Origin: Lytechinus pictus
Taxonomy: Eukaryota
Length of the DNA: 64,000 nucleotides
NCBI RefSeq assembly: GCF_037042905.1
Contig: NC_087251.1
Span: 26,414,001-26,478,000, forward strand
Reading direction: 5' to 3'
Part shown: positions 28,060 to 41,525 of the stretch, in pieces
How the letters are laid out: every line of letters begins with the position of its first letter
Numbering within the stretch: position 1 is the stretch's first letter
Program-made: the position numbers and the translations under genes
Notes under the pieces: generated by a model
The model's database searches: none
Told to the model about the DNA's origin: nothing
Seen by the model: the letters and a program-made list of their open reading frames with translations, nothing else

Positions 28060-28881
28060 ACAGTGTTACATCTTATGTGAGCCCAATTTCATGAGAATTG
28101 TTAAAAACCAAAGTTTTTACCCAATTTTTGCCATATAATCCATCATTACCATGGCAACATGATTGCTGACACACACACACAAAATATTTCTTGCACATCT
28201 TTACCTCAATACCAATGTGTGTGCCAAATTTTGTGAGAATTGGTTAAAAACTGCGGAATAAATTTGAACTGCAATATTTTTACCCGATTTTGGCCAAAAT
28301 ATACCGTTACCATTAACACAATTGGGAATATAATGTTACCATGGCAACACAATTTCTGACACACACACAAAATATGTGTCTCACACACCTTCACCTGAAA
28401 ACCAATGTGTGAGTCAAATTTCATAAGAATTGGTAGAAAATTGAGGAAGTAATTAAAACTGCAAGCTTTTTACCCAATTTTTGCCATATAATCCATTGTT
28501 ACAATGGCAACATGATTTCTTACACACACAAAATATTTCTTGCAAACCTTTACCAATCAATACCAATGTGTGTGCCAAATCTAATGAGAAATGGTTAAAA
28601 ACTGCAGAAGTAATTTGAACTGCAGGATATTTACCTGATTTTAGCCAAAATATACCATTACCATGGCAACACAAATTTTGATTCATGCAAAAAATGTGTT
28701 TTGCACATCTTCCCCAAAACACCAACATGTGTGTCAAGTTTCATGAAAATTGGTTTAATAAGAACTGAGGAAGCAGTTCGAAACGCAAGATCTGCAAATT
28801 CTGCAATGGACTGACCGCCCGACCGTACACTGATTCCTACATTATATACCCCCATCAAACTTTGTTTTATAGCGGGGGTAC
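28060..28881. mobile_element. HINE-like element with ~170-200-bp tandem units
   Basis: About 4 units with ccatggcaaca...acacacacaaaatat...accaatgtgtgtgccaaattt; degenerate GACC repeat; terminal hairpin taccccc ... gggggta. Confidence 0.7.
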
Positions 28882-30622
28882 AGAAGAATAGGCCTATTGA
28901 TCAAAATTGATCGAATATTCTAGAAAGCCAACCCTAAAGAATATTGTGTCAGATTGACATTTTGATGTGGATATCTTCTTTGCAATCACACAAATCTATT
29001 ATATAGGAAATGGAAATCATACATACACAGTTAATCTTGATAAAGCAACAATTCCATAAATTAATAAGTTCTACAAAATGGAGTTCTCGAGACTCTTGAT
29101 TTCATGTCATTGGAATCTAATCAAATCAAAGATGAAAAGGCACATTAAGGAAAATTTGATTTCCTGACTATGGCTAGGGCTTACCTTATGAATGTGTATC
29201 ACGAAGGTAGAGATACATGTATGCTTCCACAAAAAGACTGTGTTCTTTGTAGATTTCTGTAATGAAATAATGGATACACAGTAGTAACAATATCCTCCAT
29301 ATATAGCATGTCTATACATGTACGTACAACCTTACAATACCATATTGCACTCAAACCTTAAAGTAGAACGATTCCAGTATATTCAAAGTATACTTTCACC
29401 AATTGCACCCACAGCATGCAGGTTCTACACATATTCCAACAATGCATATATCTACTCTCATCGCTTTGGGAGGTACGCAATATCAGCGAGACTGTTCGTT
29501 TTGAACTCGATAAAAAAAATTCACTCTTGCTAAAAATATCATCCATTGGCTTAGAGACAACAGATTGTATCATAATATTTCTAAATATGGAGATCTACTT
29601 TAGGGCCCGGAATGCCTGATTTTGCCATTTTTGCTGAGCCGACAAGACCTGACCATGAGTCGCAAATTACTATTACACATGGAGCGTTTATTAAACTTGC
29701 ACATGACAAGATTATGCTCTCTTTGCTTTCGTATTAACAGGCATGCGGCTGCTTCGCCCGTGGAGTTATTACGACTGGCATTCGTCGGATCCTATCCATT
29801 AAATCCAAAATTCCAGCAATTTGACTCATACTATATAACTGATTGATCTAGAGTGTGCAAGAATTTCAGGTGACAGACTGCATTTCACTTTGCAAGTTCA
29901 CTCCAATTACTAGTATTGAACATGTATATATCAATTACGAATAAGGAATATTCAATTGAAAGTAGCTGAAGTGATGCCTTATCAATAGGAACGTTATTAT
30001 CATTATGAAAAGATTTAACTGCATTTCCAATTCGGTGGATTCAAATTCAAAATACGGTGCGCCATCTATCGGTTGGCAGCAGACAGGCCAATTTCTAACT
30101 TTTGGGTCGACATAAGTCGCGCAGGCTAGGCACAGCCAACGCATGTGCTGGTGTAAAGATGCTTCAAAAATGAAAACCATATGATAAGCAGAGGAAGAAT
30201 TCACCATAAACGGTCTAAATTTCCCAAAGAAATCTGCAGCAAATTTCTCTCCCACATCCTAGATCCTGGTAAACAGCATAATTTTATGCAAGCTGGCCGA
30301 GCCGCGTCAGTCATACAGCATAATGCACAAGCGCGCTCAGCAGATGTCGCCTTTTCCCCATGAGGCATTGCAAATTTCGGCCTGTCCGCTGCCCGAAAGG
30401 TGGCGCACCATATTGTGAATCCACCAAATTATTATAATGTGAATAGTTAATATTTGTGGTTCATGTAGCAGGCATTTCACAATTCTTGCAGGCATCATTT
30501 CATTTCAATTAGTTACATATAAAACAATGAGGTAATACATGTAAATGTATTCACTGGATTCTGAACTTGACATATTCACACTGTATTAAAGCAAAGTCTG
30601 TTCTATTTTCCCTTGCATATTC

Positions 30623-31186
30623 CCCGGGGGGGCCACTTACATTGACGAGTGGATACCATGCGCAACCAAAAAAACACGTAAAAAGGATGTCTTTTTCAAG
30701 ATAGGGCACGTTACGTACGTAACGTGTTAAGGGTGTCAAAAACACAAAAATAATGAAAAAAGGGTATTTATTTCGCTAGGAAAGCTACGTGTTTAGGGTC
30801 AAATTTGCGGGGATGATAAAACAAAATTAAAATGTTTTATAAAGGATATCCATTTTTTGCCCCAACACTACGTGTTTAGAGTCCAATTTGCGCGAGGTGT
30901 GGAAGGTGCATGGGGCCGTACTAAACCAAATGGTGTGTAAAGGTAAAACCGACGACCGACGGACCCGTGACATATAACAATAAAATATCGCTGTACTTGT
31001 TTAGGGGCTCATTTCATGGAATAGAGTATCGTTTTGTTTCCAATACTTGTTAAGGGTAGGGTTTCAGACGCCAATACTTGTTAAGGGGTGCATTTTCAGA
31101 ATGTGGAAAATACGTGTTTAGGGTGCTTTTCGAGACCCCATGGTCGCGCATGGTATCCACTCGTCAATGGAAGTGGCCCCCCCGGG
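30623..31186. mobile_element. MITE with CCCGGG termini and perfect 8-bp TSD
   Basis: GCATATTC|CCCGGGGGGGCCACTTACATTGACGAGTGGATACCATGCGC ... GCGCATGGTATCCACTCGTCAATGGAAGTGGCCCCCCCGGG|GCATATTC. Confidence 0.9.
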
Positions 31187-33625
31187 GCATATTCATGTGT
31201 TCCATGGATATATCTTATGTACATGTATGGAAGCAACTCCTAGAAAATAGCAGTTTCAACTGTGTGTGTAGACAGGATTTTTAAAAACTACTCTGGGAAT
31301 TGTAAATGGGTCTAAAGTTTGTAAACTTCAATTAGATGGAAAGTAATAAGTGGAAAAGCCCACATCCAACTCTTCATACATTGTGTGTAGTTTCTAGAAG
31401 CTTTATTTGACCTTTGCATTAGCTGGGTTGTGATAGAAAATGTGGAATAGTGGCAAGGATAGTACCCTGACCTTTTATTGTCCCTCCCTATTCATCCCCA
31501 TTTCTCAAGTGTTTTGGACTGACTGTTTCACAAGATGATCATCTAGAAGATATTTGCTGAGCTTCAATTGATGATTAATAGTGGCCGGTTCTTCCCACAC
31601 CCTGACTTTAATCCGCTCAGCTTTGCTCCCACTTCATACTATGAACTGGATCAAGAATAGCTTTACGGGGTATCCTATTCCAAGTTCAAGTTTGATGTCT
31701 TTTATGGGTCCCAAAAGAATAATGATATGCAGGAAACTGTAAAAATGTCTATGCAGGGTACCATTGTGACCTACATCAACCAAGAAGTTGCAAGTATAGG
31801 GCAGTATAAAATGAAGACAGCATACATGCACATGATAAAGTTGTACATTTAACAGTATCAAGGGCATTCTACAAGGAAAAGAACGAAGGACGAGTCTGCT
31901 CCAGATTGTTGTATAAAAAAAGCCCCAAAAAGGTCTGGTTTATAATGGAAAGTTGGGAACACTCTTAAATCTTTCTCTTCTTCCTACATCACCTGGCTTG
32001 CTAATTGAGAATTTACAGACCAAAAAGAAAAAGAGCCTACTCTTCTTCAAATGTCAACTTGGGTCCATACAGTGCAGCAGTCACTTGCTAGTACCAGTGA
32101 ATGAAGTCGCAAGAGACAGCAACAATACAGCATCAGAAAAATCTCTTTGTACAACACAAATATACTCAATTTTTCTGATCCAAACTTTGAATCCATCAAA
32201 ATTAAGCCATGACCATGAGCTTGTTTTTATGGGTTCTCTCTACTTTTGAAACCCTAAAAATCAAAACAAACGAGAACCTTCACTTATCTCTGCACTTATA
32301 ATAAAGCTGAAATTCCATTTGTTAATGTCATTTATAAACAAACAGTGACTTTGCCCTAGATTTTGTAAATAGAGAAAATATTCACTGATTGTTTGCAATG
32401 TATATTCCCCCCATGCTGTTGAATACCAGCTGATATAAATCAATGTACAAATTAACTGATTGATGAAGAATGAATAATTGAAATAGTGAACGAGTGAATG
32501 AATAGCTACAAACTAAAAATGGATGAATGATGGGATAGATGGATGAAGGAAAGCAAGATTGGAATGAATGAATGGATGGATGGATGGATTGATAAATGAA
32601 TGGAAAATTTGAGCACATGTACATGTATGTATCATTTTGATATTCTGACAATTACTCATTAGGGTATCCAAAATGAGTAATTAATTCATCTAGGCTAATC
32701 CAGGAAGTGTGTTCTTCGAAATCAAATGCAGGGGATCATTTTCAAAATATCTTGGGATTCCTGCATTTATTGTTGCCTTGTCCTAGTCCAAATCATTTTA
32801 TAAAAGAAAACTGACTTCTTTCTTGCTCCAATATATTTAGTAAATTTTTTTATAAACATGACACCTGACATTAAAAATGGCAATTTCCTCCACATTTTTG
32901 TAAAGACTGCTACATACTGTACACAGTATTTTGTATGGGAGATTTTTACAAAGGAAAAAATAGTAAAAGGTTCTCTTGAGCCGAAAAATGTTAAGCAAAT
33001 TTGGAAAGCATATTGTTCCCTAAAATTCAATACATGTACTCAAAAGATGGAAGACAAATATGATACTATCTGTACATGTACAATTGGGGGTCATTTACAC
33101 ATGTTCTTGAGATAATTATTGAGCATGTCAGCTGTACAAGTGTACATAGAACACTTCACAACTTTTTGTACATGGATAGTGCACTTGCATTATGATTTTT
33201 TAATCATTAATAATCTATTTCACAGAAGACAGTGATTTAATTTCATTTAAAAAAAAGTGCAAGTTGAACCATACAGGAGACCGGGGGGGGGGGGGGGGGT
33301 AGGTGAGTTTGGGAGTGGGTCAGTAGTTCCAAATTTCATATTACAATTGAACAGTGGCTCTTGCATCATGAACAAAGCACAAAAGAACCAAATTTCCACC
33401 CCATTACCATTGCACTGAACATGTATTCTGGAACTCTTTGTACGTGTCCCTCCAACTTCCAACACAAACATGCTATAGAGCAGTCTAAACACTTGGTAGT
33501 CTGCAATGGGTACAATAGGCCCTCTCATGATAGTTTGCAAACACCAAGTACCTGTGTTCTTATGGTAGTTTATCCAAGGAGTTACCTGATCATGGGCCTT
33601 CATATATACATCTTGAAAAATAGTT

Positions 33626-34437
33626 TGTGTGTGTGGGTGTGGGTGTGTGTGTGTAATTGAGTTTTGTCAGATATGTATCAGATATGATTGAGCACTTTTA
33701 GAAACGTACGTCGACATAGACGACTGGTACGAGATGGCATCATTTTCTGGCCTGCCATATGCCTCAGGTCCTCACACATGTCGACTATCAGAATAGAGAA
33801 CCTCGCCACATCCATTCTGCGGTTCTCCTAAACCATAGCCGACGTGCAAGTGAGTGACGTCATTTTAACCGCTCAAGCTCAACATGAAGATCAACCTTTC
33901 CCTTTTAAAACACAGTTTTCAGTGACTTTTCACAATATTAATGTAAGTTGTACGATGCATTATGTTTATCATATTTGAAATTGCTTTCTGATCTCCAAAA
34001 TATATCCCAACTCGCGTAAAAAGGAATCAAAGCAAGTGAAAGGGCAAGTGTGTGCAAGTTGCACCTTCGCAACACCCGACCGGGTCGCCAGGCGATGGTA
34101 CGTCAGATCTTCCAGGTCAGGCAGCATGTCATGACCCGCTGGTTATCATGCTTTTTCACGTGGACGTATGTACACCTACAATTAAAGTGAAATCTGAAAT
34201 ATTTGCATCTGTAGTGAACAAGGGCAGAGAACGACATTGACTTGAACGATCAGACAACTGCAACGCCGTACTCGTTCACTGCTCCTAAAACTCTATTATT
34301 TACGTCTAGGACAGACCTTTAACGTCACCATCCAAAAGACGTGACTGGGGATCAAACCAAAAACCTCTGTATCAAGTTGTAACTTTCCCACATAGCTTGG
34401 ATCACTAGGTGCATGCCTAATTTACATGTACTCAGCC
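33626..34437 (-). mobile_element. Older copy of the 7SL-headed SINE, split by an insertion
   Basis: 33626-33689 and 34295-34437 are collinear with 41342-41525 (gagttttgtcaga...gatatgatt | atttacgtct...ctttaacgtc...cccacatagc.tggat). Confidence 0.8.
33690..34294. mobile_element. ~600-bp DNA element inserted in the SINE (ATT duplication)
   Basis: The intact SINE reads gatatgATTatttacg; here it reads gatatgATT|gagcacttttag ... ctaaaactct|ATTatttacg. Short imperfect TIR, CpG-rich body. Confidence 0.65.
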
Positions 34438-36605
34438 AATTCTTATTCTACACTCCAAACAAATCTTGGACATTTATCTTATATTTATTTATTCGGGGGG
34501 GGGGGGGGATTTTTGTTCTTACCCCCCCAAAAAGGGAGAGATTAGGATCATTATTTACGAAACTAAAAAAAAACAAAAACATGTACTTGTAAATGTTCAC
34601 TGACAGGTGGTGTTTCATATAAAAATCGTTGTGCATGAAAAGGTTTCTTAATAACTTCAGTTGCATTATATGATATTCTATTGACATTCATAGATCTTTA
34701 AACATATCACTTTTAATACAGAGTACGATATTTGCCACTGTTTGAATGGAAACTGTCCTCCATGTAGTGAATTTACATACATGTAATATCAAAATGCTGA
34801 TTACTCAAAGCTACAATTTTTTGTGACAATCACTATCCACAAAAAACGTTGGTTGAAAAATCACTTACAGAAACAGTGATTCAAATTGTTTGTATTTTAA
34901 TTTATTTTTATTTGTTTGTTTCTGGGCTCAAAATATTACATGAAAAGATCAATATGAGCCAAAATTTGCAGGTGCAATCACAACCTCTTGATCAGAAAAA
35001 TATCTGCAAGAGAACTTGCCCATGCCTCAAAATAGTTTATACTTCTTATTCAGCATTTACATGTACACCTGGTCTGTTTTTGTTTTTTTTTATTAAAATT
35101 TAGTTGATTAAAGCAATAGGATTACAGAATACTGATTGCAGGTACTGACATACTCAAACCTGATTAACAACACTAAAAGATGAAACAGCAAGAGCAAGAA
35201 GAAGTCCCCAATTCTTTCACAATGGAACTTATGGAAGCGCATTACAAACTTATAATACATGTAATAATCCCCCTGACCTTGAAGTAATCCCTATAACAAA
35301 AAATCCTACATGTACATATATAACTATTAGTGTACATTTGCTCCGGCACTGGCAAATACCTAGTATTTTATGATCTGGGTTAAAATACAAAATCACAAAA
35401 TATAGGTATCATTTTCTGACTGGAAAGGCATGAAAATACCTAATGAAAATTCACAACACACCCTTTACTGTACATACTGATCTCCTATGAGACAAAAGTC
35501 AATATTTTGTTGGTTGATCTAGTTAATGAATCATCTTCTCCTAGCCATTGTTGGTTTAATAGGAATGAAATGCAGTGTGGCTTGCAACTACCATCCATGT
35601 TTGATTTGCTAATTACGTGACAAATACTGAATTAGGATGGACTGGGTAAGATTACACAATTGATTTTCACACACGTACAAGCATTGTACACTGAGCAGAC
35701 TTTGAAACAGGTACATTTGTGTACTGTACAAATTTAAAATTTCACTAACCCAAGACAAAATTAGACCCTCTATCATATAAACTTCCATTTCAACAGTGTC
35801 CTACTTGTATCCATTTCTTTTTTTTTTTATAATGGATATGTAGTACCAAACTAATTTCTTAATTTTTCTGTTTGATTTTTCTATTTTTTTAAAGATACAT
35901 GTCATTCTCAAGGCAGCCAGATAAACAAGGTCTGACAATTTAAAAAGTCTTTAAAAATTCTCGAAATATTGCAGTTATGCTATTCATTTTCTTTTAAAAA
36001 TATGAGAGGTGGTAATTTTATATGCATGTACTAGAATTTGTTTTTATACATGTAGGTTTGAATAGTTTTTTTTTTGCAACCACACATAAAGTCAGGTATG
36101 AACAGCAATATTAATCATAACCATATTAGAAAAAGGGGGAGGGATTGATTTACAATGTACACAGAACATGTGGGACTGCACAGACACATACATGTACACA
36201 GATATATCTGTCTAAACAAGACCAATAGAGATCCTACAAAAAAGTCTAACACTACAAATTTCTTCAAAATCTAATGCGGAAAAAAAGAAAGCCTGGAACA
36301 TTTTTTGTATCATCTGAAACTATTTTTACAAAACAGTGATATGGACAACAAGGACACACACAGACAAACAAAGAAAAAAGTGATGTCACACACTCACTAC
36401 AATTTATTCTTATTATTCGAAGCTTTATTTGATCCTTCATTGAGCATGAAAGTCATAAATTACCGATAAAATAATTCATTATGAGCTTTTAATCAGATCT
36501 TTTAAACAAAATTATCTACATGTACATGTACATGTTTTGTATATTTCATACAATAATAAAATATAATAGATACATGTACGAAGATAAGGAGTGTGTGATC
36601 ATCAG

Positions 36606-37048
36606 GGCCCCTTCTTACAAAGAGTTGCGATTGATCCGATCAATCTCACGTATGGAAATCCAATAATGTAATACTTTTTTTCTTTCAGAAATTTGTTTGA
36701 TGTCCTTTGAAAGCAAAAAGAAGCTTACTGAATTGTCAAGAAAACAGGGGGCAGTTTCATAAAGCAGTTCGTACATTAAGAGCGACTTTAAGAACGACTG
36801 GTGATCCTTTCTTGTGGTAAATGGTATATTCATTGGCGATGGTTACGCGAGTAAGAATGGTTCACCAGTCGTTCTTAAAGTCACTCTTAACTTACGATCA
36901 GCTTTATGAAACGGCCCCCAGATAATGTATGGATATACATCATTTCTAGTAATTGTTCTGAATAAACATGTATTTCAGATGTCAACGTTGCTGGCTTTCC
37001 ATAGTTGCGATCGATCAGATCAATTGCAACTCTTTGTAAGACGGGCCC
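36606..37048. mobile_element. Harbinger-like MITE (CAG TSD) hosting a nested MITE
   Basis: CAG|GGCCCCTTCTTACAAAGAGTTGCGATTGATC ... GATCAATTGCAACTCTTTGTAAGACGGGCCC|CAG. Confidence 0.85.
36748..36918. mobile_element. Nested 171-bp Harbinger-like MITE (CAG TSD)
   Basis: CAG|GGGGCAGTTTCATAAAGC ... GCTTTATGAAACGGCCCC|CAG; nearly fully palindromic. Confidence 0.9.
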
Positions 37049-39719
37049 CAGTTCTCTCTTTTGCATAGAGTCCAGGGTTCTATATCATAAAGATGTGTTA
37101 TAATATCAAATGGACAATTTCTACAACTAATAAACTATCAGCTTTGAATCAAATTGAATGATTTCAGTATCTTAAAACTGTTATTGCAAATTTATTATTT
37201 TGACAATTAATTTTGAAAATGGCTTGAGAGCTCTGTAACAAAAAAAATTTAGCAGTTGATTGAAGAACAAATTTTCCAAATTGATTGAATTGGCCACAAT
37301 GCAATTAATTGTGAAAAAAATTAATTGTACATGTATGATTAATCATGAAGCTCTGCGTTAAGTACACTGTATGCTTGTTTTACTTTTTTTTCTCTATTAT
37401 TTTAACTCAATATGTTGATGGGGTAAAACGTTTGTTTTGCTGAAACAGATTTATATATGTAGGTCTACATGTATGATTTTAACAATTTAAGATAATTGTA
37501 ATACGGTACTCAGATTCATCAAATCAATCCTATAACTACCAAATATTTATTGTTATCTAATTGCTATGGCAACCTAAAATAGTCCCTCTGGCCTCCAGGC
37601 ATGACTACAGAGGAAGGGCTATTTCCTTCAGGGACACTCCAGGGCTAACACAGCCCATACATGCACATTCTCAATCTCACTAGGTTTTTTTCACCTGTGT
37701 CACACAAACTGACCATTGGCTCTGCTTCATAAAGATCATAAGCAATAACAAATGCAAAAATTCTGCGAAAATTTTACTCTGACCCAATTAAATCGCATAA
37801 TTTTAGTAGCTTATAACAGCAGTTAATAACATGCAGTTGATAACACGTTTAAAGAAATAGAACTTCAGATAGATGAGGATGAAACATACACGACATACAG
37901 AGCAAGGCTACATGTACATGCTACAAGAGCGAGGGGGGGTGTTCAAGAGAATAAGAAAATGGCTTTTCACCAGTTAAGGATATATACAGTGTACCAAAAT
38001 ATAAATTAACAAAACATACAGAAAAGTCCTTTACCCAAGCTCAATTTACCAAAGATAGCGGGCCAATATATTCTGAATATCCAAAATTTGTTAAAAACAA
38101 AAAAATGTAATACATTCTGTGAATGTGCATGTGTGCAAATTGGTAATTGATTCTGGAAGCCAATTCAGGAGATGGTGATAAGGACACGAGTGAAGCGATT
38201 TTCTAAACTTGGTTTCTCAAACTGGCTAAAGGGAGACCAGTTCAAGAAAGTATACTAAGAACGAGGTCACTCAATTCATGTTTAGACTGTCATCCGTCCA
38301 AGAAACAATCTCTCCCCAATTCTGTACATATTAGGCCTAATTCATTACACTATAATGAAGAAAAAATACCACTTTTTGTATAAAGTGGGCACTTAGAATT
38401 AACCTGCAGGTGTTTTTGAAAAGTCATAATTCAAATCAATAAGTCTACAACCATGATGGAACTTCCATCTATTGTCCATAATTCATTTATTTTTACTTCA
38501 AAATTGGAAACTACCAAATAAGTGATTAATATTCTCTTCTACCTTAAGTCTGAAATATTGATTTATTGAAATTTCAGGTTGATTATGAGACTACACTGTA
38601 CATGTATACAGACATATGGGACAGGATGACAACATGGCAAAGCAAACAAATGATTGCAATTTGAGGGAGTAAAAAAAAACTTTTGACTTTAACAAAAGAA
38701 ATTAATCAGATCTAAGATGTGAAGTAATAAGGACAGGTCATTGAATTCTAGCTTGATTCAAAAACCCATAATGCCCTATGATCACATCTTTGATTGGTTG
38801 ATTTTTTTTTTCAAGAAGAAAAAAAGCTCAAAGCATCAATAAACTGATTCTTTAACTTATCACAAGACTTTCCATTTAAATAAAATGTATTTTTCTGCAG
38901 GTAAAAAATGGTAATCTTCTAAAGCAACTTGGCATCACCATTGACATTGTAATTATATCACAAATGTACAGTAAAAATTGATAGCTACAGTTTATGGTCT
39001 TGAAATTTCAAGCACATCAATCTTTAAAGAAAGATATCAAGTATTTCCGAAATATTACCAGAAGAGTGTACAAACTTAGGCATTTCATTCCCTGTTTATT
39101 AGTTTCGAATTGAACTCCAAAGGTCACAGAATAAAAACTCAAAAAGTACATGTAGTAGGCCTATACATGTATTTCTGGTAAACTGTATTCAAGGAATAAA
39201 GGATCCTCAACTTCTTTCATTTTCATCTCTAGCTTCATAATCATGTGGTTAACCACAATGAGCAAATGTTTCCTCTTCAGCACAAATAGAAATATAGAAA
39301 TAGAACCCCATTTTTTCCTTTGTAAACCAGCTCGATATTTTAGAAATAGTTGCAATTTGTACCTTTTAACAGTATTGGGACAGTATTAAGTCAAACACAC
39401 TGGGTCCCGGCCATTTCCATCAGGATCTAGTCTGATTGAAATGGGTGCTTATTATAGGCCCGAGTCATATTGATTATTTTGTAAAAATGGTGTTCAACAG
39501 CTTCAATTCGATCGAACATCGATGCATCGAATTTTAAAGGTGGGAAAATCAAGCCAATTTTTTTGGCTCTGTCGATATACATGAACGCACTGCAAGTGCA
39601 ACGATATGCGCTAAGATCGGGGGTATGCGTTGCACTAGATGACAGAGCAAAGTTCGTTTTCCATGATCACAAAAAAAGGGACCAATGCAGGATTCTTCCC
39701 AAAATATCTACAACAACAA

Positions 39720-40290
39720 AAATGTAGATGACAACATTGCGAATTGCGCGCGGGTCATACTCAATTCATGTTCGCCATTTTGGATTCGGCAGTGAATTAA
39801 TACGTGTGGGGAACTGCAAACCGGCTTCAAATCACAGATTTTGAGACATTTTAAAGAACGGGCAAGGAGTGAGTCTGTGACTGTGTCCGATAGTACATAT
39901 GTAAGTTTAGTCACTGTAGAGTTGTTCGTGTAGGCTCCACTTCACTACCGCTACACTACGCTGCACCTACCCGAATCTCAAGGTGGTGAACTCACTCTGA
40001 TATTTCGAGTGACAAAGGTGGGATTTTATGGGGGGAAATTACAAAACTCATGCAAAAATATGATCTTAGAAAGAATAAAATACTTATCTTCTTACTTTTC
40101 ATTCTAATTTCACTCTGTATCCATCCTCCAGTTAGTCTTTAAAAAATTATAATGATGATTTAGAATTTTACAATTTTTTTAGAGCCAGGGCAGTAAAGAA
40201 CTAAAAAAGTTACAGTTTCCTCGCACGTATATTCATTGCCGATTCCAAAACATCGCAAACGCAAATTGCGCGGAAAACGCAGCTCAATTC
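39720..40290. mobile_element. Diverged fragments of the palindromic family seen at 52810-53468
   Basis: 39920-40290 matches the left arm (ggctccacttcactaccgctacactacgct...gagtgacaaaggtgggattttatgggg); 39770-39850 resembles the start of the right arm. Confidence 0.7.
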
Positions 40291-40629
40291 ATGAATATTC
40301 AATATAGTGGGACTATAGTATAGATCGAGATCTGATACAAATGCGGGATCCAAGTTATAGTCCAGTGTCTTTACTCGGGATCGACGGCGCAGCTCAACAA
40401 CCACCAACATGGCAGGCAGCGCTAGCTAGCGACAACCCCTGATCAACACAGTCACTCACACTCACAGACACACTCCCGAATCCCACCATTCGTTCGCTGA
40501 TCAAGCATGATTAGTTTACACTACATTTTTACACATAAACTAGCTGACGATGGTTTCTTTGCCACAATTCAACTAAAATATTTCTAAAGAACTGTTAAAA
40601 CAATAACAAATCATTTTAATATGCGTTAC

Positions 40630-40760
40630 CTCTGAAACAAAATAGTAAATTCAAGGTTATTACAGCGTCGAGATTCGAGACTTCGTCTTCGCTGCCATTG
40701 CGTCTTTTCGAAATACCGGAAGTAGAGCTAGCTAGCTGCAATAATATATCGATGAAAATT
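40630..40760 (-). promoter_or_regulatory. Putative housekeeping-type promoter and non-coding first exon of an unidentified minus-strand gene, divergent from Max
   Basis: CpG-rich patch; ETS/GABP motif CCGGAAGT at 40716-40723; YY1-like CAATGGC; minus-strand donor CAGAG|GTAACG at 40630/40629; 12-codon uORF MAAKTKSRISTL* at 40698-40660. Confidence 0.55.
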
Positions 40761-41341
40761 TATGAATCGATCATATCTGATTTTTGAACAGCGCCATCAT
40801 GAGTGCAAAGCAAGACAATTTGCTGAAACAAGCCTTGCAAATTTTTATATCAAAACAAACTGAAAAATGAAACGAAGAGAATATTATATCGCTGCGTAAT
40901 GAACGAACATTATATTGGATTACGGTTTACAAAAAGTCGCCATTAAATAGGTTATCACCACCTATGCAGAGCATTTCAAAAAATAAAAAAATCATCATCT
41001 AAAATGCAGCCCCGCCCCCTTGACGCCAGGGGGCCACATTTTGTCTTCCTTTGTCTTTATTTTTTCTTTTTTTTCTCCCAGCCCCACCCCCCTCGCTCGT
41101 CCCGGAAACCGCCATTTTTTTTACTCACCCCCCTAAGATGTTGGTCTAACTTTATCTGTATATACACAAAGGAATGTTTTCATCTTATCGGGCGACTCAT
41201 AAGTCATTAAAAGCATAATTATTATGGAACACAAACTGTATGCTTTTACTTGATTTGAAAAAAAAAAGGTGAGTGGAATTCAAGGAGAACATTTCTCTTA
41301 AAACGTCACAACTTTTTTTCATGATTTCTTGGTGGACAAAC

Positions 41342-41525
41342 GTGTGTGTGTGTGTGTGTGTATTTGAGTTTTGTCAGACGTGTATCAATCAGATATGATT
41401 ATTTACGTCTGGGACCGACCTTTAACGTCGCCATCCGAAAGACGTGACCAGGGCTCGAACCTCTGCATCAATTTGTAACTTCCCCACATAGCATGGATTA
41501 CAGGCGCACGCCACAGCGCCCAGTC
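41342..41525 (-). mobile_element. SINE with 7SL (SRP Alu-domain)-like head, B-box, Deu-domain-like core and (CA)n tail
   Basis: Minus strand reads GACTGGGCGCTGTGGCGTGCGCCTGTAATCCATGCTATGTGGGG...GAGGTTCGAGCCCTGG-TCACGTCTTTCGGATGGCGACGTTAAAGGTCGGTCCC...(CA)n. A second copy lies at 33626-34437. Confidence 0.75.

Noticed and set aside
41440..41525. Bona fide 7SL RNA or tRNA gene
   Set aside because: Similarity covers only the 5' Alu-domain portion; no S domain, no cloverleaf and no oligo-T terminator; it continues into a SINE body and (CA)n tail.
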